A stretch of DNA of 64,000 bases from Hydrolagus colliei (lineage: Eukaryota). The position numbers were made by a program, and so were the translations under genes. Within the stretch, counting starts at the first letter, position 1. Each line of letters starts with the position of its first letter. The notes beneath the pieces were generated by a model, which saw only the letters and a program-made list of their open reading frames with translations, searched no databases and was not told the origin of the DNA. Shown in pieces: positions 1 through 13,200 of this stretch. The stretch covers positions 47,616,001 to 47,680,000 of the forward strand of contig CM068745.1 in NCBI GenBank assembly GCA_035084275.1. The letters are read 5' to 3'.

Positions 1-127
1 AAAATAAACATTAGACAGTTTTAGATGTTTTTCCAGTTGTGCATTTTAAATTTTTATATTAAATTTGAATAAATTGCATACTTTATAATGAAAATAAGTT
101 AAACAAGGCTTACTTAACACTGAATTC

Positions 128-327
128 TAGTTTATCCTCTTCGACCGCGCCTTTGGCTGCCCCACTAACTCTTCCCCCTCTTCTTCCCCCTCTCCTTCCC
201 CTTCCCCGTATCCCCACACACCCCCACCACCCACCCGCTCGGGTCCCGACCAGACTGTTCAGCGCTTTGGGACTTTCTCCCCGTGAAAGCCGCCATATGT
301 GCAATTTTGTTGTTTTTGTTGTTGTTA
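128..327 (+). mobile_element. L2-clade LINE 3' end fragment
   Basis: C-rich 3'UTR, then gggtcccgaccagactgttcagcgctttgggac...gtgaaag...tgcaattttgttgtt, the same tail as the longer L2 copy at 21108-22031. Confidence 0.85.
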
Positions 328-384
328 TCCTTAGGGAAAGAAATCTTGATCTTTTCCTAAATTTTTACTGCTGGAATTACAGTA

Positions 385-472
385 CAACACAACAAAATTA
401 GTGGTTATATAGTGCCTTTCACATCGGGAGGATGTTGCAAAGTGCTTCCTGCTGGATACACACCCAAGCTGG
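385..472 (-). mobile_element. L2 3' tail, interrupted by a solo LTR (appears to continue at about 1200-1285)
   Basis: caacaaaatt...tatatagtgcctttcacatcgggaggatgt is the reverse complement of the L2 tail. G-rich L2 UTR-like sequence resumes after 1199. Confidence 0.65.
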
Positions 473-1199
473 TGTAAGATTCTGTAATGAATGTGTAAAA
501 AAATATATATTTGTGAGGTTTATATTTTTTTATATATTTGATCAATCTCATATCAGGAGAGCTGGTTGTGACTAACTTCATAGAAAATCCCTTCACAAGG
601 AGGAGAAACAAAAGACTTTATAAACAACAAACTGTTTTCATTCCTTATTAGTCATTTTCTCATTGAAAAATCGCCTACAACTGGAGAGAGTTATGTTGCA
701 TTTGTTTTTTACAAAGGAAGCACTTTGCAAAAGACTATAGGTGAAATGTCACCCAATCAACAGTATAAACGGAAATTGATTAGAAGAATGCAGAGTGAGA
801 AGGAACAAATTGGAACTTGGAGTCGTAAACCATTTTCCAGGATCTAAAGAAAGAAGATCAAGACTACAATTTAACAACACTAAACATACAATAATACCTG
901 GATAATTTGGGGTTGATATCGAACTGGGAACCAGACAACAGTACTTGGATACCTTTGGATGGACTGATTTTCTAGATTAATTTGGACATTAAATTGAACA
1001 TTGCTCTTTTATCTCTCCTGCAGCATTTGGTTTGATCAACTTAAATTGTTGTAAACTGTACTTGGACATGTAAGCGTAATTGGATGTATTCTTTTTTTTA
1101 ATTACTTATAACCATTGTTAATCTGAATTAATAAACACTGATTAATTGTACACTGTCTTTACCTCACTGCAGCGTTACCAGTATAAATTACCCATTACA
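473..1199 (+). mobile_element. Solo LTR (about 727 bp)
   Basis: TGTAA...TTACA inverted termini; CCAAT 753-757, TATAAA 764-769, AATAAA 1130-1135. Its 3' half aligns by eye with 18731-19097. No clean TSD. Confidence 0.7.
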
Positions 1200-1690
1200 C
1201 TTAGGCTGGGAGCTGAGGGAGTGGGGTTGGGGAAGCTGAACAAAAGTGTGGTGAATGAGGTACATCTTGAGACTTTACCTGAATGAAAATTAAAAATTAA
1301 AAATGTTCATTTTATCACTTAAATAGAAAAGTCACTGTTTCATCTGAATGGAAGCCTCTTGATCAGGAAAACTGATATCAACCAATAAGTTTGGCCTCAG
1401 TGCTCTTAATCTAGGATGTGGAGAATAATCAGTCCAGGTTGCTGCTAATGATCTGCATTCTGTGATTCTTTCTGGAAATGGCATATTTGTGGATGTTGTG
1501 TGAGAATGAATTGGATTTGGCTGTAATGGTCACACAATTCAACAGTTAACAAAATCTCACCTAAGACAAATGGTTATTTAAGCATTGTAATCAATGTTGA
1601 GTGCCTGGATCCATCTTTGAAGAGGGCTCAGTACCTTTAATTATGAAGAAAATAAATGCAGAAATTTCAGCTAAAAACAACCCATAATAC

Positions 1691-1790
1691 ACTGAAACAA
1701 AAACAAACGTTGCTGGGAAAACTCAGCAGGTCAGGCAGCATCCATGGAGAAAGGAAAGTGAGTCAACGTTTCAGGTCCACAACCCTTCAT
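1691..1790 (-). mobile_element. Penelope-like terminal repeat fragment with partial hammerhead motif
   Basis: Minus strand reads atgaagggttgtggacctgaaacgttgactcactttcctttctccatggatgctgcctgacctgctgagttttcccagc; homologous to 19472-19570 and 20571-20700. Confidence 0.7.
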
Positions 1791-2139
1791 TTCTGTGACA
1801 TTTATTTGCAGTTCTAATATTAAGCTAATACAGAAATGATTACTTTTTGGTTTAAAATGTATATTGTATAGAGCAATCATGTGGAATATATGAGGGCAAA
1901 CTTCTCAATTTCAAATTTTGCAAGAATAAAGAATTGGCTGGAAATGATTGAATTGTTTGAGAAGTATTTTTTCAATCTGTAGGGATTCCTGTTTAACTCC
2001 TCTAATACAACAACATTCAACAACAACAAATTACACTTATAAAGTGCCTTTCACGTTGGAAGGACAAATCACAGAAAGAATCACAGAATCACAAACTGCC
2101 TTATTGAGATTACTTCTGGAGGTGGAGCTGATTCCTCAA

Positions 2140-2372
2140 ATAACCAGCATTTCCAGACACTTAATAGTATTCATTCCACTTGTCCAGGAATCAGTAACTA
2201 TAGGGCATCAAATTAAGATACTGTACTTAGTTAACAAGCAGAAGGTGAGGTTATTTCAAAGGCTTTTTTACACAGGGGGTAAATAACATGGAATGCCCTA
2301 CCATTTGCGGTGGTTGAGCCAGAATCCATGTTGACCTTCAAAAGAGAACTAAATAAATCCCTTAAAATGAAT
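2140..2372 (+). mobile_element. Degraded CR1 LINE 3' fragment
   Basis: aactatagggcatcaaattaag...tggaatgccctacca...gtggttgagcc...ccttcaaaagagaactaaata resembles the end of CR1 ORF2, as at 34180-34350. Confidence 0.55.
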
Positions 2373-5029
2373 CAGCTTTTGAAGAAAGGAAAGTTAAATA
2401 GGATAAAAAAAAGCACTCTTAAGGGAGACCTCACAGATACAAAAGTGTATACAACTACTGGTGCTGTAAAATTAATAATGTCTGACATCTGGATGATATT
2501 ATCCAATAAAATAAGATAAATGAAGTAGAAAAGTATCAGTGAATGCAGAATAAAGGTATGTGGTTTGGTGGATCACTGCTCCTGTTTTATTTATATGATA
2601 CTTGTCTGAGAGTTGTTTATCATGTAATGCAAAGTAGAAAATCTTAAGTTGAGTGTTTCTATTCATCATTTTGATAAATGGACTAGAAAACAACATTAAT
2701 CAGACACTGCTGTGAATTTGGGAAGTAGTGTATCAGTGCAAGATATACATGCTTATTGAATCGTGAAATACATCAGCCATCGGAGACTAACATGAACCTT
2801 CAGATATATGCTGAAGGGAATTTCTAATGGCCAGCCTTCTATTACAATTATAGAAATGATCACCTATTAGTGCACACAGTTGTTAATCCTTAATATTTTT
2901 TTGCTTGCAAATTATTATTACTATGAATAATTGCAACTCCATAAGAAGATTTATTTGAAGGGGTTATTAAGTTAGAATACAACAATATTTTATTGAATAG
3001 CTTTTAAAATATTTCCATCCTACTTTCTTATGTTTCCTTTGGAATAATTTCTCAAAGGATATGTTCCCATCAAAGGGATTCAAGAATCATATTGACCTTG
3101 TATGCACTGTTTGGGTTCAAAACTATTACACTGATTTATTGCCACATTAACATTACACTAAATAAATAGTTAACTATCCAGAACAGCTCCAATAAAATAA
3201 AAATAACCTTGAAGACACCAGCTGTTACTTACATTGAACCCATACTATGATATCAAACACGGCACAATTGAGGGTATAATAGTCGCATATTGCAACATAT
3301 GCAAATCGAAAATTGGGCAAATTATGACTTCCGGTTTGCGAACACAGCATTTAAATCCCAATATTTGTAATACAGTATTAAGATATGTATTGATTTCCAT
3401 CATTAAATAGTTTTGCACAGCACAGTCATACATTTGTTTACATGTACAGTATTATGATTCCACCAATCAATATTTACAGAATTAAGAAATATAAATATAA
3501 TTCAATTGTGGATTTTCATCTTTTGCTTTCGATTCTGTTTGCAAATTACCTCATAACTTTTGTAATTTTTACAAAACACATTGTATCATCATTTCTGTTT
3601 GACATTGTCTTTTAACAATATGGAAGCCATACAGTAACCCTACTGAGAATATCTAACAGTAATTAGGAACATATTTTAAATCACTGTAATTGCAGCCTAC
3701 TGGGACCATGAGGGACAAACTAGCAAATAGGCAAAGTTCCTGCCTATGCATTATAACAGATGGAGAAGGTCACAACACGCCATATCCTTCATCTATCCTT
3801 ATGCTGCGCTCATAATTATTTATATGTGGCAATTTTTTGGTGCCCAAACTATTCAGGCTTTGAAGCTTTATGCCATACTTTTCAGTGTTTAAAATTTCTG
3901 CACCCGTTTTGATACTAAGGTTTAATTAACTTGAGACAGTTTTTTTGAGAAAATAAATTTTAAAGAATATTGCTTCCAGACCGTGGGTGGCATGGGAGTA
4001 ACAAATGGTCCTTTTACTTCTGAGATTCGTGTTCGCTTCCAGCTAGAGTCAGGAGGAAAATCATCCCTCTCTGCTGACTACAGGGTTTCCACATCAAATG
4101 CATTTAGCAATTCTCATTATACTTTCATGTTGATACAGGCTGTAATGTGCAAAACTGCTCACAATTTAGTTGTAATCTGACAATCTTACTGAGAGTGGAC
4201 ATAAAATTGTGTGAGAAATTGAAACATCACATTTGTAGAGTATGAAACCTTGCAAATCATCCAGGAAAAGCCAGTTTAGTATATGGAATTCCTGGCTGTC
4301 ATGCTCAGCTCAATCACAATAGATTGTTTTCAGCATAACATTATGAAAAGGAACAGTGAATCTATCTAACACTGGATGACATCAACAACAACAGCAGCTT
4401 GTATTTACATTGTGCCTTTCCTGTAGAATGAATACGTGACAGATTCACATTGATAATAGATTCACCAAAGGGCAGAAAATGTGGGGGAGAGAGGTGTGTT
4501 TAACGAAACACATATTTTAAGAGGGTTTTGATGCTGGGATTAAGTTCTAAAGAACACAGGCTAATGGGTCACCAATGGTGGAAAGGGGGCAAGTAACAAA
4601 TGAGTTAGTTGACCAGAGTTGAGTAAATGACTGGTCAACAATGACACAGAAACATGTGGGTAGGTAGAACACAGGAAAATAGTGCTGAAGCAGATGGCAG
4701 AGTTAAAGTGGGATGAGGCTGCAAAGATATTTGAAAGTCAGGTTAAGGATCTTGAAACCTCTTTAGCATTATTAGCATGTCATAGGCGAGCTTATCCATG
4801 CAAGCACATTATTGCTCAGTGGGGCCGACACATATATGGATCTGTTGGTAGATTCTTACCGTTGTGCCAGATAAAAATACATTGGGAATTGGCTGCCTCG
4901 CATTTTTGAAACAATTATTTCAATTACAGCTACAATGATTTTAAATTGGGTAAAAGCCAGTGATTACAACAACATTATCTTGCATTTATATAATGACCTT
5001 CATGCTGCACAATATCAGAGTACATAACT

Positions 5030-5395
5030 CAGCCCGGCTCTGTAGTAGCAGTCTCGCTTCTGAGGTAGAAGATTGTTTGCTTCAAGCCCCATGTTGGGAC
5101 ATTCAAATCTCAATCAATGCAACAATACAACACTGGGCGAGTGCTGGGGTAGAGGTATCATCCTTTTGATGATGTATTAAACTAAGGTTCTGTCAGCATT
5201 GAGATAAATGTTAACAATCCCATGACATAATTCAAAAGGGGTAGGGAGTTTCTCCAACTGTCCGGGCAGCTGTCCCCAAAGATAAAATTGTTCATTCAAT
5301 TCATGGTTATTTGTGGCAAATTGCTCTAATCAAAACTGGCTACTCTTTATAATAAGACTTTATTAAAAGACTTTAGGATGTGAAAGGTGCAACGT
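5030..5395 (+). mobile_element. Old Deu-domain SINE (SacSINE1/AmnSINE1-like)
   Basis: tRNA-like head (gtagcagtctcgcttctgagg...ttcaagcccc), then gatgtattaaactaagg...aatcccatgaca...gtagggagtt, a Deu-domain-like core. Confidence 0.6.
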
Positions 5396-6439
5396 CAAAA
5401 TTAAAGAATTATTCTCATCAAAGTTACCTTTCACCATTGAAAGACCATTTTTTGAACCTTGTTTCCCTCTCAACAATGGATCGAGGAGTCACAAGAAAAA
5501 TAATTGTTTTCTAAAAGTGCAATTTGGGAAATAATTCCAACAACAATCTATCTCTGGGATTTCCATGTGTAGGTAGAATTCATGGAATTCTCAATTTGGT
5601 TTGGATACTCTTAAGCATGGGTGATGGATTTTCATATGTGTCATTTTCATTTGGTCACCATGCTGACCAAAGAAAAATAATATAAAGAGAAAATATTTAT
5701 TCATTTTTCCAATTACAATGTCAGTGTGTTTTAAGTTATTACAATAGTACTGTCTCTTCTGATGATAGCTTTATTATTCTAATAATAATATTTGCTTCAG
5801 TGCTATAATGCACAAGTTGGTAAATGGTTTATATGTATAACTCAGAGGCATAGACATTTTCCTGACTAATTACCAGTCTGAGAAGTTTAATATTGTTGAA
5901 ACAAAGCAAATGAAGATTGACTCTAAAACTTGTCAACAACAACAACAATGAAAACTTACACTTTTGTAGTGCCCTTCACATAGGGTAGCGTCTCAGGGGG
6001 CTTGTCAATTATAAACACTATGGAGCTGATTAAAGCTGATGTTCTGGTGCCTATTCTTTCTCTGGAGAACTAAAGAATGAAGGTATTGTGACACTGTCCA
6101 GCATTATCTCTGCCATGGTTTATTTAAAAATAAAATTCAGATGGTATGGTTCATTTCATCCTCTTCTGACCTTCCCCCACAAAATATACTGTCAATTTAC
6201 TTTACAGTATATTCTGTGAAGCGCTTTGAGACATCGCAATGACATGATGAGGCACCATATCAAATGCAAAGATTATTGTTATTTTTAATTTCAAAAGTGA
6301 CATGTCATTACTTTGATGACAAAGGACATAACCTTCCGAGAAAAGCAATGACTTAACATTTATACGTTATAGAACATACTCTCAGCATAACTGTTGGATT
6401 CTATTTATCTGGGCATTGATAATGTTATTTCAGGCAATC

Positions 6440-6497
6440 TTGGTAATATATTTCCTGACTTTGGCAATATATTTCCTGACTTTGGTAAAACATTCCT
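6440..6497 (+). repeat. 21-bp tandem repeat (about 2.7 copies)
   Basis: ttggtaatatatttcctgact / ttggcaatatatttcctgact / ttggtaaaacattcct. Confidence 0.85.
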
Positions 6498-7984
6498 TGT
6501 TTGTTGAACCGCTTTAGCAGTTCTGTCTTCAATAAGCGTAAAACACAACCGTTTTGGTAAATTAATCCGCCTCTAAAGAAAAATTACTTCTACTTTTGAA
6601 CTTTGGAGCAACACGTAAATATATTGGGTTTGCAACTGAGAGAACAGCTGTTTGTTGATTACCTAGTTTATATTTTGACAAAACACACATAAATATTCAG
6701 CTGTATACTTTGTCATAACGCTTCAGTATTATTGTTAAACATTCAAGCTGTACATCTTCCTATTTCCAGGTCATGAAACTATCTGAAGACGCTTTCTTTT
6801 TTCCTCCTATTGAGACTGAGCTTGCTTCCATCTTGGTACCATGTTCCATCGGGATATTGGTGAATGGCTATCAATATAAGATTCTGTCAAGCATAACATA
6901 ATCCTCTGTAAGCCATTTTATTGATTTTGCTCTGTGATTTGACTCTGGAACTTCTTCTTTCTGAACATAAGCCATTCAGAGAATTAGAAACTCATCCTTT
7001 CCTTGTGAATGTTGCAGTGAATGGTAGGATCTATCGTTTTTTGGTAAGCTTCTTCTTTGAAGGCCTTCTGCAACATTGTGGGGCTTTTGTAGTTTTGTAA
7101 CAATTTGTTATTAATAGTACAGTATTTGCAGAGTATCTAGCTCTGAAACTGTATCCTATATGGCTTTGCAGTGTTTGGTGGTAAAAAGCAATTCCCTCTT
7201 AGCATCTGTATGTTGAACCTCTATCTTTATCCTTACTGCTAAGAACCACTAAGCCTCACTCTCCGAAACTCTCTCTTCGGTGAACTCTTCCCCTATGTTT
7301 TCATTCTAAGAATTTTCGTCTTTGACCCACTTGTTTTTGCTTCTATTCCCTCAATTTCATATCGTGATTGGGTTACCATTTATTTCTGTGAAATGGTTTT
7401 AGATATTATTACTTGTGAAAGGTTCAAGTTTTTGTCATTTTCACAGAAATTGGCCACGAAAATTAGGAATGTGAATAATGCTTCCATTACTTTGATTATT
7501 TAATAAGTTTTTAATGAATAAGGTTATGGATGTTAGCATTTGGATAGTGCATCTCCCAAAATGATATAATTATGCCATTTTATATAATCATTTCCTACAT
7601 AATGAGTATGGGTGTGGAAATGCACTTAAGAGCACTCAATCCTCTAATATTATCATTGAAGAGTTCATTAATATTTCCAGTACAGCTTGCTTCAGATTTC
7701 AAGAAAATATACCTTTCACTTCTCGCTAGCTAGCCTCTTGAATTACAATTATTTTAATTATTGCTGCTAAGTTCTGAACTGCTATCAAATGCAGAAATAT
7801 ATTTTAGTTTCTCTTGTAATGGACCAATTCGACTATTAGTCTAGCACAGCTCCTCAATGAGTTAATTCAAGTTGTCTCCACTGGAAAATTAGGCCTGGCT
7901 GTGATGCCCCATTATGGCCAAATTCTCTAACACATTCACCATCTTGTCATCTCCTGCACTTGACTCTGTGACATTATTACCCCC

Positions 7985-8417
7985 ACCCTCGCCCAACTCC
8001 ACAAGCATCACACAGAGGATACCGTTTAAGATCCTGGTCCTCCTCTTCAAAGACCTACATGTCCTTGCACCCCCCACCTCTGTGACCTCCTTACCAACTT
8101 GCCTGCTCCCTCCACTTGGCAGGCTCCAGCTTGCTTCCCCCACTTTGACCGCCCCACAATTAGTGGGTAAAACTTTAGTCATTCTGCCTCAGCCCTCTGG
8201 AACACCATTTCACAGTCCCTTGGATCCTTCAAGATCCAACTCAAGGCCTTCCTCTTTGACCATGCTTTCGATCAACCACCTTCCAACGCCACCTTCTACC
8301 CTACCCAAACCCCTACCCCAAGCTTGGGTCCAGAAAACTGGCTCTCCAGCACCTTGGACTCCTCCTCCTTCCAAAGTGAAAGGTCCTATACAAGTGTCAT
8401 TTTGTTATTGTTGTTGA
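7985..8417 (+). mobile_element. Degraded L2 LINE 3' fragment
   Basis: Translation contains QRIPFKILVLLFKDLHVLAP (L2 ORF2 C-terminus); ends in gtgaaagg...ttttgttattgttgttg. Confidence 0.8.
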
Positions 8418-8739
8418 TGGATAAAGAATTACCATCAGGGTGAGTTACCACAGTGTATGAGTCAATATGCACAGAGAGGAGGTGATAGCAGAGTACAGTT
8501 CCCAGACTCTCGGTAGCAGGAGATAGGGAACCTGTACACCAGGACATATGTATTTACAGAGAGTAATTAACATATAGGTTACCAGGAAGGATGATTGAGG
8601 CCAGGATGACAGACTAATTTTGAAATAGCTCATCAATGTAATGAATAGATGGTGGATAAGATCAAATGATATTGTGATGCCATGGAGGGATAAAATCAAT
8701 TAGGCCAAAGGGCCTTCTTCTGACATGCAAGAAGAAAAT

Positions 8740-9117
8740 ATAAGGATGAGGGTATGATTGCTCTTTATAAGGCAATATGTAATCTAATAAAGTCAGAAAC
8801 AAATGGCTCATATTGCTCTTTTTTAGCAAATGATTGTATCTAACATTCAAACAAAATAACTTAGGCATATATACTTCAGTGAGAGAGTAATAAACTTGTG
8901 GAACAGGATCCCTAGGTATACAAATGGAAGCAGTAAATGTCATTTCTTTGAAGAACAAGTTAGATAGATATCTGCAAGAAACTAATATCTTATGATACAG
9001 TGTAGTGTGTAGATTGGGAGACGAGATGTCAAGCGACTGCCAGATGGGTGCAAGGCAAAATAGATGGATCTTGGTCTTCCGTCGCTTAGCAAATTCTTAT
9101 ATCCTTATGTTCTTATA
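8740..9117 (+). mobile_element. CR1 LINE 3' fragment
   Basis: acttcagtgagagagtaataaacttgtggaac...aagttagatagatat and a CR1-type tail ttcttatatccttatgttcttat. Confidence 0.7.
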
Positions 9118-9844
9118 TGGTGGAACTTCCTAATAACACAATATTAACACAATAATGAAATCTCAACCCATATTATAGTGAGTGGATTTAACTCTACAAG
9201 GATGACATCAGCCAGCACATAGGTAGTACACCAATCAGATCCTGTGCTAAAATAAAAAATAACAAACCACATCATCAAGAGGCGGCTGCAATCTCACTTC
9301 TTGATTTCTGCACATGCACAAAAATGGAAGTGATATTGGTTGTGTACGGATAACCTGGAAGTCACTAAAATGCCAAATATCAAAGGGAAGCAAGCAGGCC
9401 TGCTAAAATCCATACTGCAAGCACAGTGTAACTAAGTTTGCAATGTAAACTATATTAATCAGGCTGTGCAAAGTGTCAGCCATATACATTTGTAATGGGT
9501 TAATGGATTTTGGATAGATCTGTAATGTAAAGTGAAAGCACAATTTTACATTATAGTACAAGATAACCAAAAAAAGGAATTTAGCAATAATGTATTCTGA
9601 TTGCACCTGTAAATAAACTGTGTGTCCTCCTTATAGTTTACTTGTGGTTAATTCTATATTTACTTGGGATCCAATGACACTTGTATCTAGCAATTTATAC
9701 TACCCCTGAGCATTGCCTTGTTACAATTTTATGATTTAGTTTTTTGATGAGTTAATGTCCTACCATGATTTCACAACAACAAATAGATCCTACTTCAAAT
9801 CTAGTTTCTCTAGATTTTTTCTCTCCAGTTATTGAATTGCAGTA

Positions 9845-10491
9845 CGGGTATCACTCCCCAACCTCGGAGGATAGGTTCCTGAAAACTTCCGCGGTTAGTA
9901 AAACCGCGGTTGGAAAATACAGGGCCCTATGGGAAACATGGGGATAGGAGGAGTAAGTTCACGTTTTGTAGAACTAAACACAAAAAAAAGACACAGTTAT
10001 AACATACATACATACATACATACATGCATGCATGCATGCATACATACATACATACTCACACACACACACACATACAATAACGTAAATCCCAAATCGTAAT
10101 GATAATGATGATGGTGAAGATGGTTGTAACGTGCTGTTACCACTGCTAATACGATTAGGGGCCATAATTAGGTGCTAAACTGACGAATAATTAAATGCAG
10201 AATGTGCAGCAATGGGACAATGTTCGCACACACAATACCTGTAGATTCACGAGTGCAGCAAGACCATGTAAAGATGCTGATAGATGGGAAACGCGGAGTG
10301 GATAAATACACACTAATACGCGGATGAATGTGTTGCCTTATTTGGAAGAGCGGAACTTGAAAATTTAAACCCGCGGATACCCGCGGATGCGCAAAACACA
10401 TTGCCGCTGTTTGCAAGGGTTGCTGCATTTAGCAAACTATAGATGCGTGAGTTTCACAGTTGTCGAGGGCATGTTTGGGGCGGGGTACCTG
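9845..10491. mobile_element. Non-autonomous Tc1/mariner (pogo/Tigger-like) MITE
   Basis: TA at 9843-44 and 10492-93; imperfect TIRs cgggtatcactccccaacc versus reverse complement caggtaccccgccccaaac (14/19); CpG-rich interior; internal (ACAT)n/(CA)n. Confidence 0.7.
10022..10075 (+). repeat. (ACAT/GCAT)n-(CA)n microsatellite (repeat tract begins at about 10002)
   Basis: Directly visible. Confidence 0.9.
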
Positions 10492-12894
10492 TACTTCAAA
10501 GACTGACCTTATCTACAATCTTGCTGCTGTGACTTATATATTTGCATCCACATGTTGGAGGTAATGAAGCTTTAAAAAGGGCACATCTTTTCATAACACC
10601 CAAATGCCTTTGCAGATAGAAAATAAAAAAAATCCCTTCCCCTGTGATACTATATCCATGATGACACAATACATTGAAACAACTATCCAGCATTTGGACA
10701 TGGTTTTGAATTCCAACCAGGCTAATACCATGCAAATCTTCACGTAACAAGTTTAAGCAATTACAATCCATACTTCAGAGTAAATTATCAACCTCATTTA
10801 TAAGCTACAAGTATAGCTTGTTGGAAGAAATTAGGATAACAGATATTCTTCACCTGATGATCTTATATTAATAATAATAATCCATGAATTTGGTATAGTG
10901 CTTTTCACATCTTCTAGACATCTCAGATGGCTTCACAGAATATACTGTGAGTGAATTGACTGTATACTTGTGGGCAAAACAAAATATTGTTGGATCAAAC
11001 CAAATAAATTCTGTTGCTGATATTGAAATCTATATGTACAACAAATTCACTTTATTGTATATTTTGTGCAGCACTTTGAAACATCAGCAAGTCAGAATAT
11101 GCACAGTAAACTCAGAGCAGCTGTGGCATTAATTAAAAATATTCTTATTTTTAAACAACTAATTTATTACTAATCTAATTCAAGGAACCCACAAGTTTAT
11201 GTCAGCCAAATAGGAAATTCATACTTACCTCAAACTTGTGTTTAGAAATTTAGGAGGTTTCTTTGAGATATCTTCCCTTTCGGATGAACATAATATGAAC
11301 AGCCTTGGCAGTACTTAGTGAACAGCACTATTCAAATGGCACAGCTTGTCATTTACCTTGGTGATAAATATCGTGGATCAATTCTATTTCTTTTTTGTTC
11401 TGTGCCAAACCCATGTACCTTTTCTCCTCAATGAGTCAGTCAGCATTTAACATTTTAATACTTTTAATTTCACTTTAGCTTCGAATCTCTCGTGAATCAC
11501 TTCATTTTGAAAGAAAAAAATGTCAAGGTTTACACAAGCATCATATTTCTGTAATTTAGTGGATTCAATTATAATCTTGAAAACTTCTTTAAAGATAGAG
11601 TTGTTGGGTTAGATCCACTGGCATGATACCTGCTAGATACTCTTGAACTGATTTCTCTATTACTGAATATGCTGAAGCTAATAGTTTAATTTGAGAGGTT
11701 TCTATCCCTTTAAAATGCCTGGATTCACATTAATCTTAACATTAACAGAGTCAGGTTGTGGGTTCAAGTTTTCTTATTCTAGCACTAAATATGTACCTGG
11801 TTGTTAGTTTATTGGCAGATCACTTTTCTGTGGACAATAAACCAACCAAAAAATAATAATAATAATAATAATTTGGTTAGTCAATCCATAACTGTTTGTG
11901 TGACACTGCTGTGCGTGATTGGCTATTGCATTTTGGCCACAAAATATACAGTCAATTCGCTTTTTAGTACATTTTATGAAACACTTTCAGATATCTCAAA
12001 GATATGATAAAACACTTTATCAACAGCAAGAATTATTATTATCATTATTATTGTTGTTGTACAGTCCGAGGTGACTCCAATACAATGGGCGAATATTAAA
12101 TTGTTGGAGGTACCTTCCTTTAAATGGTACAGTACAACAAGATCCTGTCTGCATCAAACGTTGAATCCCATGGCAGTGTTTGAAAAGAAAAGGGAGTTAC
12201 ACAAATTGCTTGTTTACTTCATGGCTATATGTGGCACATTGCTATGTGCAAATTGACAGATGTGTTTGCCTATAAAATACTCAGAAACTACAATTTACAA
12301 TAAATCCAGTGAAGCACTTTGACACATCCATCTGATGTGCAAGGCATTACATTGCTTTAAATGGCAGTATAAATACCATATGATTATTAACTACTTCTCA
12401 ATCTTCTGGTATCAATATGTCACACTACACTTGTGTTACATCATGCTTATCACTACCATACTCTTCGTTAATACCTTCAGATACTTTTCATGCAGATATC
12501 CTCTTGACCAATTCAATACTAAGTAAGTTCCACACAGATTTAAAAGCATCCCTGCAACTTTAATGACAGGATTATGGTGCGTACAGTTGGCTAACTCAGT
12601 TGTAATTATTTTACGAAAACACTAGTTACCTAAGCAAGCTTCACCTGGCAGCCTGCCCTATCTGTATAATTATTTCACCATATCCTGTGTCAAGGCTGAA
12701 TTAGTATTATTTACAGAAGTATAACACTGGAATTAAAATTCAATCATTACCTGAATTATTAATCTTTTATTATTCTCAAGGTTATTTCACAAACTGTGCT
12801 AAACAAATTATTGTGGAACAATGTCAATGATTATTGTTGTTATTCAAATAAAATTTTTACCTCCAACGTTCAAACTGTAATCAACGGTAGGAAA

Positions 12895-13200
12895 TAAAAA
12901 TAATAACCCTTACATTTATATAGCGCTTTCCACGCTTTATCAACGTCTCAAAGCCCTTCACAGAATACAACAACGTCCCAAAGTAGGGACCAGAGTGGAG
13001 GTGGGGAGGCAGTGGGTGGTCTGGGTTGGGAGAAGAAAAGTGGGAAGAAAAGGGGGGAAAGAGGTAGGGACCAGAGCAGGGCGGGAGGGGTCGTGGTAGG
13101 GGGAAGGAAAGTAGGAAAATTGACTATATATTCGTGGGCAAAACGCGGCAGCCAAATTGCGCACAACAGTGTCCCACAAACAGTCGTGGAAATGGGGTTA
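12895..13200 (-). mobile_element. Variant SINE: SINE core + C/T-rich linker + (ATT)n-type tail
   Basis: Minus strand: ccacgactgtttgtgggacactgttgtgcgcaatttggctgccgcg...caattttcctactttccttcc...ctctggtccctactttgggacgttg...gtggaaagcgctatataaatgtaagggttatt; matches 37290-37525. Confidence 0.8.

Noticed and set aside
3985-4200. Possible LF-SINE-like ancient repeat
   Set aside because: Resemblance is too weak to support by eye; it needs an nhmmer/Dfam search.
6440-6497. Direct repeats as a CRISPR-like array
   Set aside because: No spacers, eukaryotic context; simple slippage duplication (likewise 27954-27992 and 32279-32345).
6700-7130. Coding-like minus-strand stretch (also 23190-23380)
   Set aside because: Multiple stops and no recognisable motif; possibly old TE debris but not assignable.
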